Assembly (NCBI GenBank): GCA_002393065.1
Contig: DGGW01000004.1
Coordinates: 16,461 to 80,460, forward strand
Reading direction: 5' to 3'
Source of the DNA: Alphaproteobacteria bacterium UBA3864
GTDB taxonomy: Bacteria > Pseudomonadota > Alphaproteobacteria > CAAGCB01 > CAG-977
Length of the DNA: 64,000 nucleotides
The notes beneath the pieces are model-generated. The model did not search any database, was not told the DNA's origin, and saw only the letters and a list, made by a program, of their open reading frames with translations. Positions within the stretch are counted from its first letter, which is position 1. Each line of letters starts with the position of its first letter. Both the position numbers and the translations under genes were made by a program. Positions 55,603 to 64,000 of the stretch are shown here, piece by piece.

Positions 55603-56276
55603 ATACGGAAACGACGGGATTGGACCCGTATTCGGGACACCGTTTGGTTTCCGTCGGATGCGTCGAATTGGAAAATCACCGGCCGACGGGAAAAAAGTAT
55701 TACCGTCTGATCAATCCCGAACGCGACGTTCCCGAAGAAGTCGTCAAAGTTCACGGTTTAACCAACGAAATCCTTGATAAAGAACCGCCGTTCAGGGATA
55801 TCGTCGATGAATTTTTGGCTTTTATAAGCGATTCTCCGCTCGTCATTCATAATGCGGAATTCGATATGAAATTCCTGAACGCCGAACTGTCGATGGCGGG
55901 AAAGCCCGTTTTGCCGATGGAAAGGGCAATAGACACGCTTCTGATCGCGCGCCGCAAATTTCCCGGCAGCCGCGTCAGTTTGGACGAGCTTTGCAAACGT
56001 TTCGGCATCGATAATTCAAAAAGAACGACTCACGGGGCTTTGTTGGATTCCGAATTATTGGCCGACGTTTATTTCGAATTGCTCGGCGGCCATGAAACAG
56101 GGTCTTTGTTTGAGGAAAAAAAGCAGACGGTCCTTGAAATCAAAGCGGCGAACGAAGCGCTCCGAATGCCGGAAAAGCCCCGGATCGAACCGAGACCGCC
56201 CGTTTTTTGCGACGGCGAGCTCGATAATCACGAGGCTTTCGTTAAAAAGCTGAAAAAACCGCTTTGGCTCAATTGA
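55584..56276 (+). CDS. dnaQ: DNA polymerase III epsilon subunit (3'-5' exonuclease)
   Basis: Exo I motif VLDTETTGLDP, Exo II and Exo III (HGALLDSELLADVY). Confidence 0.9.
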   Translation: MREIVLDTETTGLDPYSGHRLVSVGCVELENHRPTGKKYYRLINPERDVPEEVVKVHGLTNEILDKEPPFRDIVDEFLAFISDSPLVIHNAEFDMKFLNAELSMAGKPVLPMERAIDTLLIARRKFPGSRVSLDELCKRFGIDNSKRTTHGALLDSELLADVYFELLGGHETGSLFEEKKQTVLEIKAANEALRMPEKPRIEPRPPVFCDGELDNHEAFVKKLKKPLWLN

Positions 56277-56757
56277 GCTTTTCTTTGTTTTGCTCTTCCT
56301 GCTGTTTCTTCAATTCGGCCAAACGCTGATGATACAGGCCGACAAAGTCGATCGGATTGATCATGAGCGGCGGGAATCCGCTGTCACGAGTCATATCCGC
56401 AATGATGTTGCGAACGAACGGGAACAGCAAACGCGGCACTTCGATCAGCAAAATCGGTTCGACGTGTTCCGGCGGCAGAGCGATCGTCGTCAAACAACCG
56501 TAATCGACTTCGCACAAAAAAGCCACCTTGTCTTCGACTTTGGCTTCGGCTTTAATTTTCAGACTGACCTGAAACAGGTTTTCCTGAACTTTTCCGGCTT
56601 CGACGTTGACATTGACGGAAATTTCGGGCGCTGATTTCAGTTCGGTGAAAATTTGCGGGACATGGGGCGCTTCAAAAGAAACGTCTTTGACAAACTGGGC
56701 GTTGATCGTGATGGCTTGTTGCGGTTGTTGAGCCGCTTCGTTGTTTTTTTCGGTCAT
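56269..56757 (-). CDS. secB: protein-export chaperone SecB
   Basis: 162 aa. SecB fold (FTELKSAPEISVNVNVE...); acidic C-terminus. Confidence 0.9.
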   Translation of the reverse strand: MTEKNNEAAQQPQQAITINAQFVKDVSFEAPHVPQIFTELKSAPEISVNVNVEAGKVQENLFQVSLKIKAEAKVEDKVAFLCEVDYGCLTTIALPPEHVEPILLIEVPRLLFPFVRNIIADMTRDSGFPPLMINPIDFVGLYHQRLAELKKQQEEQNKEKLN

Positions 56758-56823
56758 GGTTAACTCCTGAATTGAAATTTTGGGCAGTTTAACTTAAACT
56801 GTCCTAAAAAGAAAGAGAAAGGT

Positions 56824-57507
56824 TTGAAAATTATGTCACAGCAGTTGCAATTTATGGATATCGTCTTTTTGGGTATCGTCGTTCTTCTTCTTGTCATACG
56901 GCTGCGCGGCGTTTTGGGAACACGCCCGGACAATGATGTCCGCAAACAGAATTTTAAATCTAAAATCGTTGATATTTCAGAATACCGTACCGTTAAAAAC
57001 GATAACGAAACGCAAGACATTCCCGTTGAAAACATAACGGACAAAGACGAGGAAGTTTTAAAAACCGTTCGTCGGATCACGGAAAAATATCCGCAATTCA
57101 ACCTTTCCGATTTTATGCGCAAGGCGACGCGGGCTTTCGAATATATCGCGCAGGCTTTCGCGAACGGAAACAAGCAGGATCTGCTTCCGTTGTTGAGCCA
57201 TGATATCTACAAACGGTTCGAAAAAGTCATTGATGAACGGAAAAGCAAAGGCGAAACGGCTGAATTTTCCCTGATCGGATTTAAGAATGTCAAATTGGTA
57301 GGTGCTGGGGAAATAGGCGATCTGGTGGAAATGACCGTCGAATTTGAAACGGAGCAGACGAATATCGTCAAAAACGCGGCCGGCGATATCATCATGGGTG
57401 ATCCGACCTATATCGAAACGGTAACGGATGTATGGACTTTGCGGAAAGAAATGACGGAAAAAACGCCCGTTTGGATTTTGACTGCGACACATCATAAGCA
57501 ACCGTAA
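56824..57507 (+). CDS. Tim44-like domain membrane protein
   Basis: N-terminal TM helix and a C-terminal Tim44/NTF2-like fold. Adjacent to secB as in alphaproteobacteria. Confidence 0.65.
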   Translation: MKIMSQQLQFMDIVFLGIVVLLLVIRLRGVLGTRPDNDVRKQNFKSKIVDISEYRTVKNDNETQDIPVENITDKDEEVLKTVRRITEKYPQFNLSDFMRKATRAFEYIAQAFANGNKQDLLPLLSHDIYKRFEKVIDERKSKGETAEFSLIGFKNVKLVGAGEIGDLVEMTVEFETEQTNIVKNAAGDIIMGDPTYIETVTDVWTLRKEMTEKTPVWILTATHHKQP

Positions 57508-57510
57508 AGC

Positions 57511-58509
57511 ATGAAGCTTGTTTATTTCGCCGTTTTTGCCCTTTCGTTCTGTCTGACCGTTTGCTTTTTTGAAAAAGGGTCCGAAAAGGAAATCGTTGAT
57601 AAAGAGTTGGCGCTTGTCGGTTTTGAGCGTTTGAACGGTTTTTCAAAAGATAACGTTCTTGAAGCCTTACCGGCTTTGAAAAAAAGTTGCACGGTCCTTA
57701 AAAAAAAGCGGCGGTGGAAGAAGTTTTGTTTCGCGCTGAAAAATAAGAAATTTGAAACGTCTGCCGATCTGGCCGATTTTATAAAAGAACGGATGAAACC
57801 GTACTCTTTCGGTCAAACGGGACTGTTTACGGGATATTATAAACCGGAACTGGACGGTGCTTTATCAAAAACGGAAAAATTCAAAGTTCCCGTGTACGGT
57901 ATGCCGTCCGAAAGCAAAAAAAATCTGACGCGTAAGGAAATAGACGAAGGGGCGTCGGACGCCGAACCGATAGCGTGGATCGAACATAAGGCCGATTTGT
58001 TTATCGTGCAGGTTCAGGGATCCGCTGTTTTAAATCTTCCCGACGGCAAAAAAATATCGCTGAATTATGCCGGAAACAATGGTCACCCTTTCTTCGGAAT
58101 AGGTAAAGTGATGGCGAAAAAGGGGATCCATGATATGCAAAAAATCAGGCGTTGGCTGATCGATCATCCGGAAAAAGCCGACGCCTTCATGCATTTGAAC
58201 AAGCGTTATATTTATTTCAAAACGGATAGGGAAACGGATGCCATCGGGACTTTGGGCGTTGCGTTGACGGCGCAAAGAAGCATGGCCGTCGATCCTGCTT
58301 TCGTTCCGTTGGGAGCGCCGGTTTGGTTGGAAACGGTCGATTCCGACGGTCGGCCTCTTCGCCGTTTGGTCGTCGCGCAGGATACGGGAAGCGCGATAAA
58401 AGGACGCGTTCGCGGCGACTTTTATTGGGGAAGCGGTCAAAAGGCTTTGGAAAAAGCCGGCCGTATGAAGTCCAAAGGGACTTATTTTATTTTGTTGCCC
58501 GACGAATAA
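57511..58509 (+). CDS. mltA: murein transglycosylase A (MltA, 3D domain)
   Basis: Signal peptide plus the C-terminal 3D domain motif VAQDTGSAIKG..RGDFYWGSG. Confidence 0.8.
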   Translation: MKLVYFAVFALSFCLTVCFFEKGSEKEIVDKELALVGFERLNGFSKDNVLEALPALKKSCTVLKKKRRWKKFCFALKNKKFETSADLADFIKERMKPYSFGQTGLFTGYYKPELDGALSKTEKFKVPVYGMPSESKKNLTRKEIDEGASDAEPIAWIEHKADLFIVQVQGSAVLNLPDGKKISLNYAGNNGHPFFGIGKVMAKKGIHDMQKIRRWLIDHPEKADAFMHLNKRYIYFKTDRETDAIGTLGVALTAQRSMAVDPAFVPLGAPVWLETVDSDGRPLRRLVVAQDTGSAIKGRVRGDFYWGSGQKALEKAGRMKSKGTYFILLPDE

Positions 58510-58578
58510 AGTTTGAAATCAAAAGTCCTTGCGCGGAAACGGTCGCGGCGGTATCCTGTCAGACCGAAGGAAAAAATT

Positions 58579-59061
58579 ATGTTGAATATCAAACCGCCGA
58601 CACGTGAAGAAAAGCTCATTTTTCAGGGATTGCAAAAAGCGATCCTTGAAGACAAGGCCTTTATTGAAATCAATTTCAGACGGTTGAACAGGTTCGGATC
58701 GCCTTTTTTCAATCCGTGGGAAAATATTTTGCCACTGTTGTTTTTTGTTTTTCTGTTTTTTGCCACGTTGTTTGTGTTCGGCATGGCGGCGGCGACGGTG
58801 TTATTGGCTTTTCTGGCTTTGGGATACGCTTTTCTGATGCCGTATTTCTTAAAGCCTTTTATGAAAAACAGAGTTATTAAAAGAATCGTTCCCAGAATCG
58901 AAAAATTTTTGATCGCATGGCGTTTCGGCGGCTTTACGATTTATCTGGCGGCGGATCCGAATTATAAATGCCGCGCCATGCTGGACGATTGGAAACCGTT
59001 TGTTCAGACATACTTTGCCGATCTGATTCCCGCCGATTCGGAGGAAAAAGAAAATGAGTGA
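58579..59061 (+). CDS. hypothetical membrane protein
   Basis: Start MLNIKPP after a GAAGGAAAAAA RBS; two or three TM helices; between mltA and the smr gene. Confidence 0.45.
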   Translation: MLNIKPPTREEKLIFQGLQKAILEDKAFIEINFRRLNRFGSPFFNPWENILPLLFFVFLFFATLFVFGMAAATVLLAFLALGYAFLMPYFLKPFMKNRVIKRIVPRIEKFLIAWRFGGFTIYLAADPNYKCRAMLDDWKPFVQTYFADLIPADSEEKENE

Positions 59062-59572
59062 CGACGATCTTTGGCAAGCCGTCGTCAAAACGGTCAAACC
59101 TCTCGGTTCGAAAAAAAATCCCGAAAAAGCGGAAAATATATCATTAGAAAAGAAATTATCTTTAAATATCAAGCCCTTAAGACGTGATCCAGATTTGGAT
59201 GTCAAAACATACGCTCCGTTGGAAGCTGGGGATATTTCCGCTCTGGACAGAAAGAACGGCAAACGATTGAAAGCGGGTGAGATGCCCGTTGAAGGACGGC
59301 TCGATTTGCACGGCCACACGCTTGAAACGGGATTCGAAGCGTTAAAGAACTTTATTTACCATTATAATAAAGTCAATGCGCGTTGTCTGCTGGTCATTAC
59401 CGGCAAAGGCGGTTTTTCGGGACGCGGCGTGATCAGGGCGGAATTTCAAAACTGGATGAATTCGCCCGAGATACGCAGTTTGATTCTGGCTTTTTCGCCG
59501 GCGCAGATCCGTGACGGCGGCGACGGCGCTTTTTATGTTCTGCTCCGGCGATGCAGAAAGGACAAATCATGA
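59054..59572 (+). CDS. Smr-domain protein
   Basis: C-terminal Smr motif LDLHGHTLETGFEALKNFIYHY...LLVITGKG. Confidence 0.75.
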   Translation: MSDDDLWQAVVKTVKPLGSKKNPEKAENISLEKKLSLNIKPLRRDPDLDVKTYAPLEAGDISALDRKNGKRLKAGEMPVEGRLDLHGHTLETGFEALKNFIYHYNKVNARCLLVITGKGGFSGRGVIRAEFQNWMNSPEIRSLILAFSPAQIRDGGDGAFYVLLRRCRKDKS

Positions 59573-60876
59573 AGAATACGATTTTCGCTCCGGCAACGGC
59601 GGCGGGAAAAGCCGGTGTTGCGATCGTGCGTGTTTCCGGACCGGACGCCACGGCCGTTTTTGAAAGATTTGGGGTCCGAAAAGACATCGAACCGCGCAAA
59701 GCCGTTTTCGCGAAGCTGAAAAAAGCCGACGGAACGCCGATCGACGACGCGGTCGTCCTTTATTTCAAAGCACCGAACAGCTTTACGGGCGAAGACGTCG
59801 TCGAGCTTCAGACTCACGGCGGCCGCGCCGTTTTGTCGTCCGTTTTGGCCGAATTGAGCCTGATCGACGGTTTCCGTCCCGCCGACAGGGGCGAATTCAC
59901 CCGCCGTGCCGTCGAAAACGGTAAAATGGATCTGACGGCCGCCGAAGGATTGGCGGATCTGGTCGATGCCGAAACGGAACAACAGCGGAAGCAGGCTTTG
60001 CGGCAAATGAACGGCGACCTCGGCCGGCTGTACGACGGATGGCGGGAGGAGCTTGTCCGCCTTTTGGCGTGGAGTGAAGCCTACATCGACTTTCCCGAAG
60101 AGGAGATCCCCGCCGACGTTTCCGAAAGAATCAGGGGAAAAATCACGGAGCTGAAAGCCGCCGTTGAAAATCATCTGCAAAACGGAAAACGGGGCGAACG
60201 GTTGCGCGACGGGTTCCAGATCGCGATCGTCGGCGCGCCGAACGCCGGCAAGTCAAGCCTAATGAACCGGTTGGCCGACCGCGACGTCGCGATCGTGTCG
60301 TCAACGGCGGGAACGACGCGGGACGTGATCGAGGTCCGCATGGACATCAACGGATATCCCGTCGTCATCGCGGATACGGCCGGATTACGGCAAACGGACG
60401 AGGTAATCGAGGCCGAAGGCGTCCGCCGCGCCAAAAAGCGGGCGAAGGAGGCCGATTTGATTCTGGCCGTTTACGACGCTTCCGCACCGGTGGAGGACTC
60501 CGAAACGAAGGCTTTTCAGGGCGGCAACGTTTTGAAAATCATGAACAAGAAGGACAAGGTGTCCGATTGTTCGGGCGAAGGGCTTTGGATTTCCGCCAAA
60601 ACGGGGGAAGGAACGGACGCTTTGCTCGACAGGATCGCCGGCTTTGTCGAAAACGCCCTTTCGATGAGGGAGGAGCCGTCTCTGACGCGCGTGCGGCACA
60701 GACAGTCTTTGGAGGAGTACCGCGATTATCTCGAACGGTCGCTTTCGGCACCTGAAATCGAATTGGCGGCGGAGGATCTGCGCCTTGCCATGCGGGCTTT
60801 GGGAAAAATCACGGGTGCCGTCCGCGTCGAGGAATTGCTGGATATCATTTTTAAGGATTTTTGCATAGGGAAATGA
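59569..60876 (+). CDS. mnmE: tRNA modification GTPase MnmE
   Basis: Start MKNTIFAPATAAGKAGVAIVRVSG (ATGA overlap with smr). G-domain GAPNAGKSSL and C-terminal CIGK. Confidence 0.9.
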   Translation: MKNTIFAPATAAGKAGVAIVRVSGPDATAVFERFGVRKDIEPRKAVFAKLKKADGTPIDDAVVLYFKAPNSFTGEDVVELQTHGGRAVLSSVLAELSLIDGFRPADRGEFTRRAVENGKMDLTAAEGLADLVDAETEQQRKQALRQMNGDLGRLYDGWREELVRLLAWSEAYIDFPEEEIPADVSERIRGKITELKAAVENHLQNGKRGERLRDGFQIAIVGAPNAGKSSLMNRLADRDVAIVSSTAGTTRDVIEVRMDINGYPVVIADTAGLRQTDEVIEAEGVRRAKKRAKEADLILAVYDASAPVEDSETKAFQGGNVLKIMNKKDKVSDCSGEGLWISAKTGEGTDALLDRIAGFVENALSMREEPSLTRVRHRQSLEEYRDYLERSLSAPEIELAAEDLRLAMRALGKITGAVRVEELLDIIFKDFCIGK

Positions 60877-62735
60877 ACATGTATGACGTTATAGTTGTCG
60901 GTGGCGGCCACGCCGGTTGCGAAGCGGCGGCGGCGGCGGCGCGGACCGGAGCGAACACGCTGCTTTTGACGCATAAGATCGCGACGCTCGGTGAAATGTC
61001 GTGCAATCCGGCGATCGGCGGGCTGGGCAAAGGGCACTTGGTCCGCGAAATCGACGCGCTGGACGGGCTGATGGGGCGGATCGCGGACAAAGGCGGCATT
61101 CAGTTTCGCATGCTGAACGCGTCGAAAGGGCCGGCTGTCCGCGGTTTGCGCGCGCAGGAGGACCGGAAGCTCTACCGCGATGCCATGCGCGAGGAATTGC
61201 TGCATTACGACGGCCTGACCGTTATCGAAGGCGCCGTTGAAGGGCTTTTGTTCGAAGAAACCGTCGGCCGGAAGACCGTCACGGGCGTCGAAACGGCGGA
61301 TCACACCGTTTATAAGGGAAAAACCGTTGTTCTGACGGCGGGGACTTTTCTGAAAGGTCTGATGCATGTCGGCGAACGGAAAACCGTCGGCGGACGTGTC
61401 GGCGAGATTTCCTGCGAACACGTTTCGGATTCGCTCGCGGCTTTGGGGCTGACTGTCGGACGGTTGAAAACGGGAACGCCCGCGCGTCTGGACGGCCGGA
61501 CGATCGATTATTCGCAACTTCAAAAGCAGGACGGTGATGCGGTCATCGAACCGTTTTCTTATCTGGACAAGGAAATCACGACGCCGCAGGTCCCCTGCTA
61601 CATCACGGCGACGAACATCGAAACGCATAGGATCATTCGCGCGAACATGAGCAGGGCGCCCCTGTTTTCAGGTCAGATCAAAGGCGTCGGTCCCCGCTAT
61701 TGTCCCAGTATCGAAGACAAGCTCGTCAAATTCCCCGACCGCGATTCCCACCACGTATTTTTGGAACCGGAGGGATTGGACGATTTCACCGTGTATCCGA
61801 ACGGAATTTCGACGTCCTTGCCCGAAGACGTGCAGGACGCGATGATCCATTCGATCAAAGGATTGGAAAACGTGCGGATTATCCGGCCGGGCTACGCGAT
61901 CGAATACGATTATGTCGATCCCGTCGAAATGAAGCGGACGCTTGAAACGAAAAAGGTCGAAAATCTGTTTATCGCCGGACAACTCAACGGCACGACCGGA
62001 TACGAGGAAGCAGGGGCTCTGGGATTGCTGGCGGGTGTCAACGCGGCATTGAAGGCGGCAAACGATTCCCGCGAATTCACCCTCGATCGGGCGGACGCTT
62101 ATCTGGGCGTGATGATCGACGATTTGACGACGAAAGGCGTCGATGAGCCGTACCGCATGTTTACCTCCCGTGCCGAATACCGGTTGCTGTTGCGTTCGGA
62201 CAATGCGGATATGCGGCTGACGCAAAAAGGGATCGACATCGGTTGCGTCGGCAAAGCCCGTCGCGACGCTTTTTACGACAAACGCAATCGGTTGGAGGAG
62301 GCGCACGAAAAACTTCTTTCGGTCGGCGGTACGCCGCGCGAATTGGAAAAACTCGGCTTCACGGTCAACCGCGACGGCGCCCGGCGGACGGGGGAAGACC
62401 TGCTTTCCTACGAAGGCGTGACGTGGGATAAATTAGCCGAAGTGTTTCCCGTTTTGAAAGGCACGCGGACGGACGTCGCCGAACAGTTGGAAATCGCGTC
62501 TTTATATAAAGGCTATCTCCAACGGCAGGAATCGGATATCCGCGCTTTCCGCAAAGACGAGGCGATGAAGATCCCCGCCGATATAGATTACGGAAAAGTC
62601 GGCGGTCTGTCGAACGAGATCCGGATCAAGCTGTCAAAGTTCAGACCGGAAACGCTTGGCGCGGCATCCCGCGTTTCAGGTGTGACACCGGCGGCGGTGA
62701 CGGCGATCCTCGGCTATGTGAAGTCGATGAAATAA
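60873..62735 (+). CDS. mnmG: tRNA uridine 5-carboxymethylaminomethyl modification enzyme MnmG (GidA)
   Basis: FAD motif YDVIVVGGGHAGCEAA. Start MNMYDV at 60873 (ATGA overlap with mnmE) or 60879. Confidence 0.9.
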   Translation: MNMYDVIVVGGGHAGCEAAAAAARTGANTLLLTHKIATLGEMSCNPAIGGLGKGHLVREIDALDGLMGRIADKGGIQFRMLNASKGPAVRGLRAQEDRKLYRDAMREELLHYDGLTVIEGAVEGLLFEETVGRKTVTGVETADHTVYKGKTVVLTAGTFLKGLMHVGERKTVGGRVGEISCEHVSDSLAALGLTVGRLKTGTPARLDGRTIDYSQLQKQDGDAVIEPFSYLDKEITTPQVPCYITATNIETHRIIRANMSRAPLFSGQIKGVGPRYCPSIEDKLVKFPDRDSHHVFLEPEGLDDFTVYPNGISTSLPEDVQDAMIHSIKGLENVRIIRPGYAIEYDYVDPVEMKRTLETKKVENLFIAGQLNGTTGYEEAGALGLLAGVNAALKAANDSREFTLDRADAYLGVMIDDLTTKGVDEPYRMFTSRAEYRLLLRSDNADMRLTQKGIDIGCVGKARRDAFYDKRNRLEEAHEKLLSVGGTPRELEKLGFTVNRDGARRTGEDLLSYEGVTWDKLAEVFPVLKGTRTDVAEQLEIASLYKGYLQRQESDIRAFRKDEAMKIPADIDYGKVGGLSNEIRIKLSKFRPETLGAASRVSGVTPAAVTAILGYVKSMK

Positions 62736-62751
62736 AGGGTTGAAACAAAAG

Positions 62752-62779
62752 AAAAGGCGGGGTCTGTCCCCGCCTTTTT
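62752..62779. terminator. bidirectional terminator AAAA-GGCGGGG-TCTGT-CCCCGCC-TTTTT between convergent mnmG and yggS
   Basis: Perfect 7-bp GC stem flanked by an A-run and a T-run. Confidence 0.75.
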
Positions 62780-63434
62780 ATGCGTAATTTCGTTGTCCGA
62801 AAATCGCCGTCCCGACGCGAACGTATGTCGCGCCCAGTTGGACGGCAATCGGGAAATCATTGCTCATTCCCATTGAAAGTTCTTTTAAATTCAGCTGTTT
62901 GGCAAGCTTTTTTAACAGTGCGAAATGTGGTGCCGGTTCATCGTCCACAGGGGGGATACACATCAATCCGACGATATTCAGTCCTAATTCCAGACACTTA
63001 GCGGCGAAACTTAATGTTTCACGTGAAACAATCCCCGATTTCTGAACTTCAGATCCCGTGTTAACTTCGATGAAACAAGGCAGAAAACGGTTTTGTTTCT
63101 TCATTTCATCCGCCAGTTTTTCCGCCACTTCGATGCGGTCAACCGTTTCGATGACATCAAACAACGCAACGGCGTCTTTGACTTTGTTTGTTTGCAGATG
63201 TCCGATCAGATGCAATTCCAGATTAGGATACTTTTCTTTCAAAATGGTAAATTTTTCTTTGGCTTCCTGTACGCGGTTTTCGCCGAAAACGCGCTGGCCG
63301 GCTTCCAGAACGGGCAGGATCTCGTCAACCGTGTGCATTTTCGAAACGGCGATAAGGGTGATGTCCGACGGGTCGCGACCGCAATCTTTCGCCGCGGCAA
63401 CAAGCTGTTCTTTGACTTGCGAATAAGAAGTCAT
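62778..63434 (-). CDS. yggS: YggS-family pyridoxal-phosphate homeostasis protein (alanine-racemase N-terminal-like barrel)
   Basis: 218 aa with PLP-lysine region IAVSKMH and C-terminal TYVRVGTAIFG. Confidence 0.85.
   Translation of the reverse strand: MTSYSQVKEQLVAAAKDCGRDPSDITLIAVSKMHTVDEILPVLEAGQRVFGENRVQEAKEKFTILKEKYPNLELHLIGHLQTNKVKDAVALFDVIETVDRIEVAEKLADEMKKQNRFLPCFIEVNTGSEVQKSGIVSRETLSFAAKCLELGLNIVGLMCIPPVDDEPAPHFALLKKLAKQLNLKELSMGMSNDFPIAVQLGATYVRVGTAIFGQRNYA
63015..63030. promoter_or_regulatory. parS centromere site TGTTTCACGTGAAACA (perfect match, intragenic in yggS)
   Basis: Same 16-mer as 49206-49221. Encodes IVSRET in the yggS frame, so it is a binding site embedded in coding DNA. 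Confidence 0.8.
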
Positions 63435-63452
63435 GGATTTTGTTCTCCGTTA

Positions 63453-64000
63453 TCAGAAACGAACCGCGGCGCCCGTCAGGAATACGGGTGAGCTGTTCGA
63501 CAGATCCCTGTCGGCGGCCGCGGCTTTGAAATCGATGTATCCCGCGTCGGCGAACACATCAACACCCTTCATGACGGTGTAAACGACGCTTGCCACCGAA
63601 AGGGTGTAAACGTCTTTCTTTCCCGCCGTCGTCAGGCTGTCCGCCCGTGATTGCAGGACGGAGGCCGACGTTTTGAACGGGCCGATTTTGTAAGAGGCAC
63701 CGAGAGCCCATGTAACGCCTTTGGTCGCGTAAACGCCCGTCAGCCTGAAATGACGTCCGACCTCGTCCGACGTGTTGACGGCATGCGCCGCCACGCCGAT
63801 TTCAAAACCGCCGAATCGCGCTTTGATCCCGCCGCCGTACTGGTGGACGTCCTTTTCTTTGACGGGAATGGCGGCGTAAGGCGTTCCTTTGAACGTCGGT
63901 TTCGTATAGGCGTAATCCGCGCTGACGGACAATTCGACTTTGCCGAAATCGTGATTGTACAGGACAGCGGCGTTCGCCCCCCGTTCAAAACGGGTCGTTT
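63453..64000 (-). CDS. outer-membrane beta-barrel (porin-like) protein, 3' part; gene runs off the window end
   Basis: Alternating beta-strand pattern and a C-terminal ...GAAVRF signature. The reading frame remains open to position 64000. Confidence 0.5.
   Translation of the reverse strand, partial: TTRFERGANAAVLYNHDFGKVELSVSADYAYTKPTFKGTPYAAIPVKEKDVHQYGGGIKARFGGFEIGVAAHAVNTSDEVGRHFRLTGVYATKGVTWALGASYKIGPFKTSASVLQSRADSLTTAGKKDVYTLSVASVVYTVMKGVDVFADAGYIDFKAAAADRDLSNSSPVFLTGAAVRF

Noticed and set aside
1-64000. CRISPR arrays, rRNA genes, group I/II introns
   Set aside because: No regularly spaced direct repeats of CRISPR type. The only tandem repeat (42645-42915) is in-frame coding for a peptide repeat. 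No rRNA-like conserved blocks were seen.

Overview
This 64 kb window reads as the origin-proximal backbone of a moderately GC-rich chromosome, probably alphaproteobacterial. The evidence is gene content and conserved synteny rather than any database search.

Conserved synteny on display includes TPR-ispE, a pssA-psd operon, ftsEX plus a zinc-ribbon protein, hrcA-grpE divergent from rph-rdgB-hemW, rsmG-parA-parB, hslVU, rho, maf-aroE-coaE-dnaQ, secB plus a Tim44-like gene, mltA and mnmE-mnmG. HslV carries a short N-terminal propeptide.

The strongest signals:
- parS sites: two perfect copies of the 16-bp ParB-binding palindrome TGTTTCACGTGAAACA (49206-49221 in the rsmG/parAB upstream region, 63015-63030 inside yggS) and one single-mismatch copy (7692-7707).
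- Candidate oriC: the AT-rich 439-bp spacer between divergent rho and maf (53204-53642), where coding-strand bias flips from mostly minus (left) to mostly plus (right) and several DnaA-box-like 9-mers sit.
- Two tRNA-associated low-GC insertions:
  - A roughly 4.3 kb decayed island sits at tRNA-Leu(UAA). It is bounded by about 90-bp diverged direct repeats that contain the tRNA 3' half plus its terminator. Cargo is an alpha/beta hydrolase lipoprotein, a cyclophilin-like protein, a flavodoxin-like reductase and a LysR regulator; there is no integrase. Each end carries a paralogous small ORF and a GTTGCAA palindromic motif.
  - A roughly 1.2 kb AT-rich islet carrying ogt lies immediately downstream of tRNA-Pro(CGG).

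Other notable genes: an RND efflux pair (adaptor plus permease); an LpoA-like lipoprotein with a C-terminal 8-residue tandem repeat, arranged divergently from rsmI-yraN; a flavin reductase with a long Lys/Arg-rich tail; and rubrerythrin and an L-lactate dehydrogenase sitting inside the core synteny.

Adjacent genes are very often joined by 4-nt ATGA start/stop overlaps. Several long antisense ORFs in the six-frame track were judged to be GC-frame artefacts. No CRISPR array, rRNA gene, integrase or transposase could be supported.
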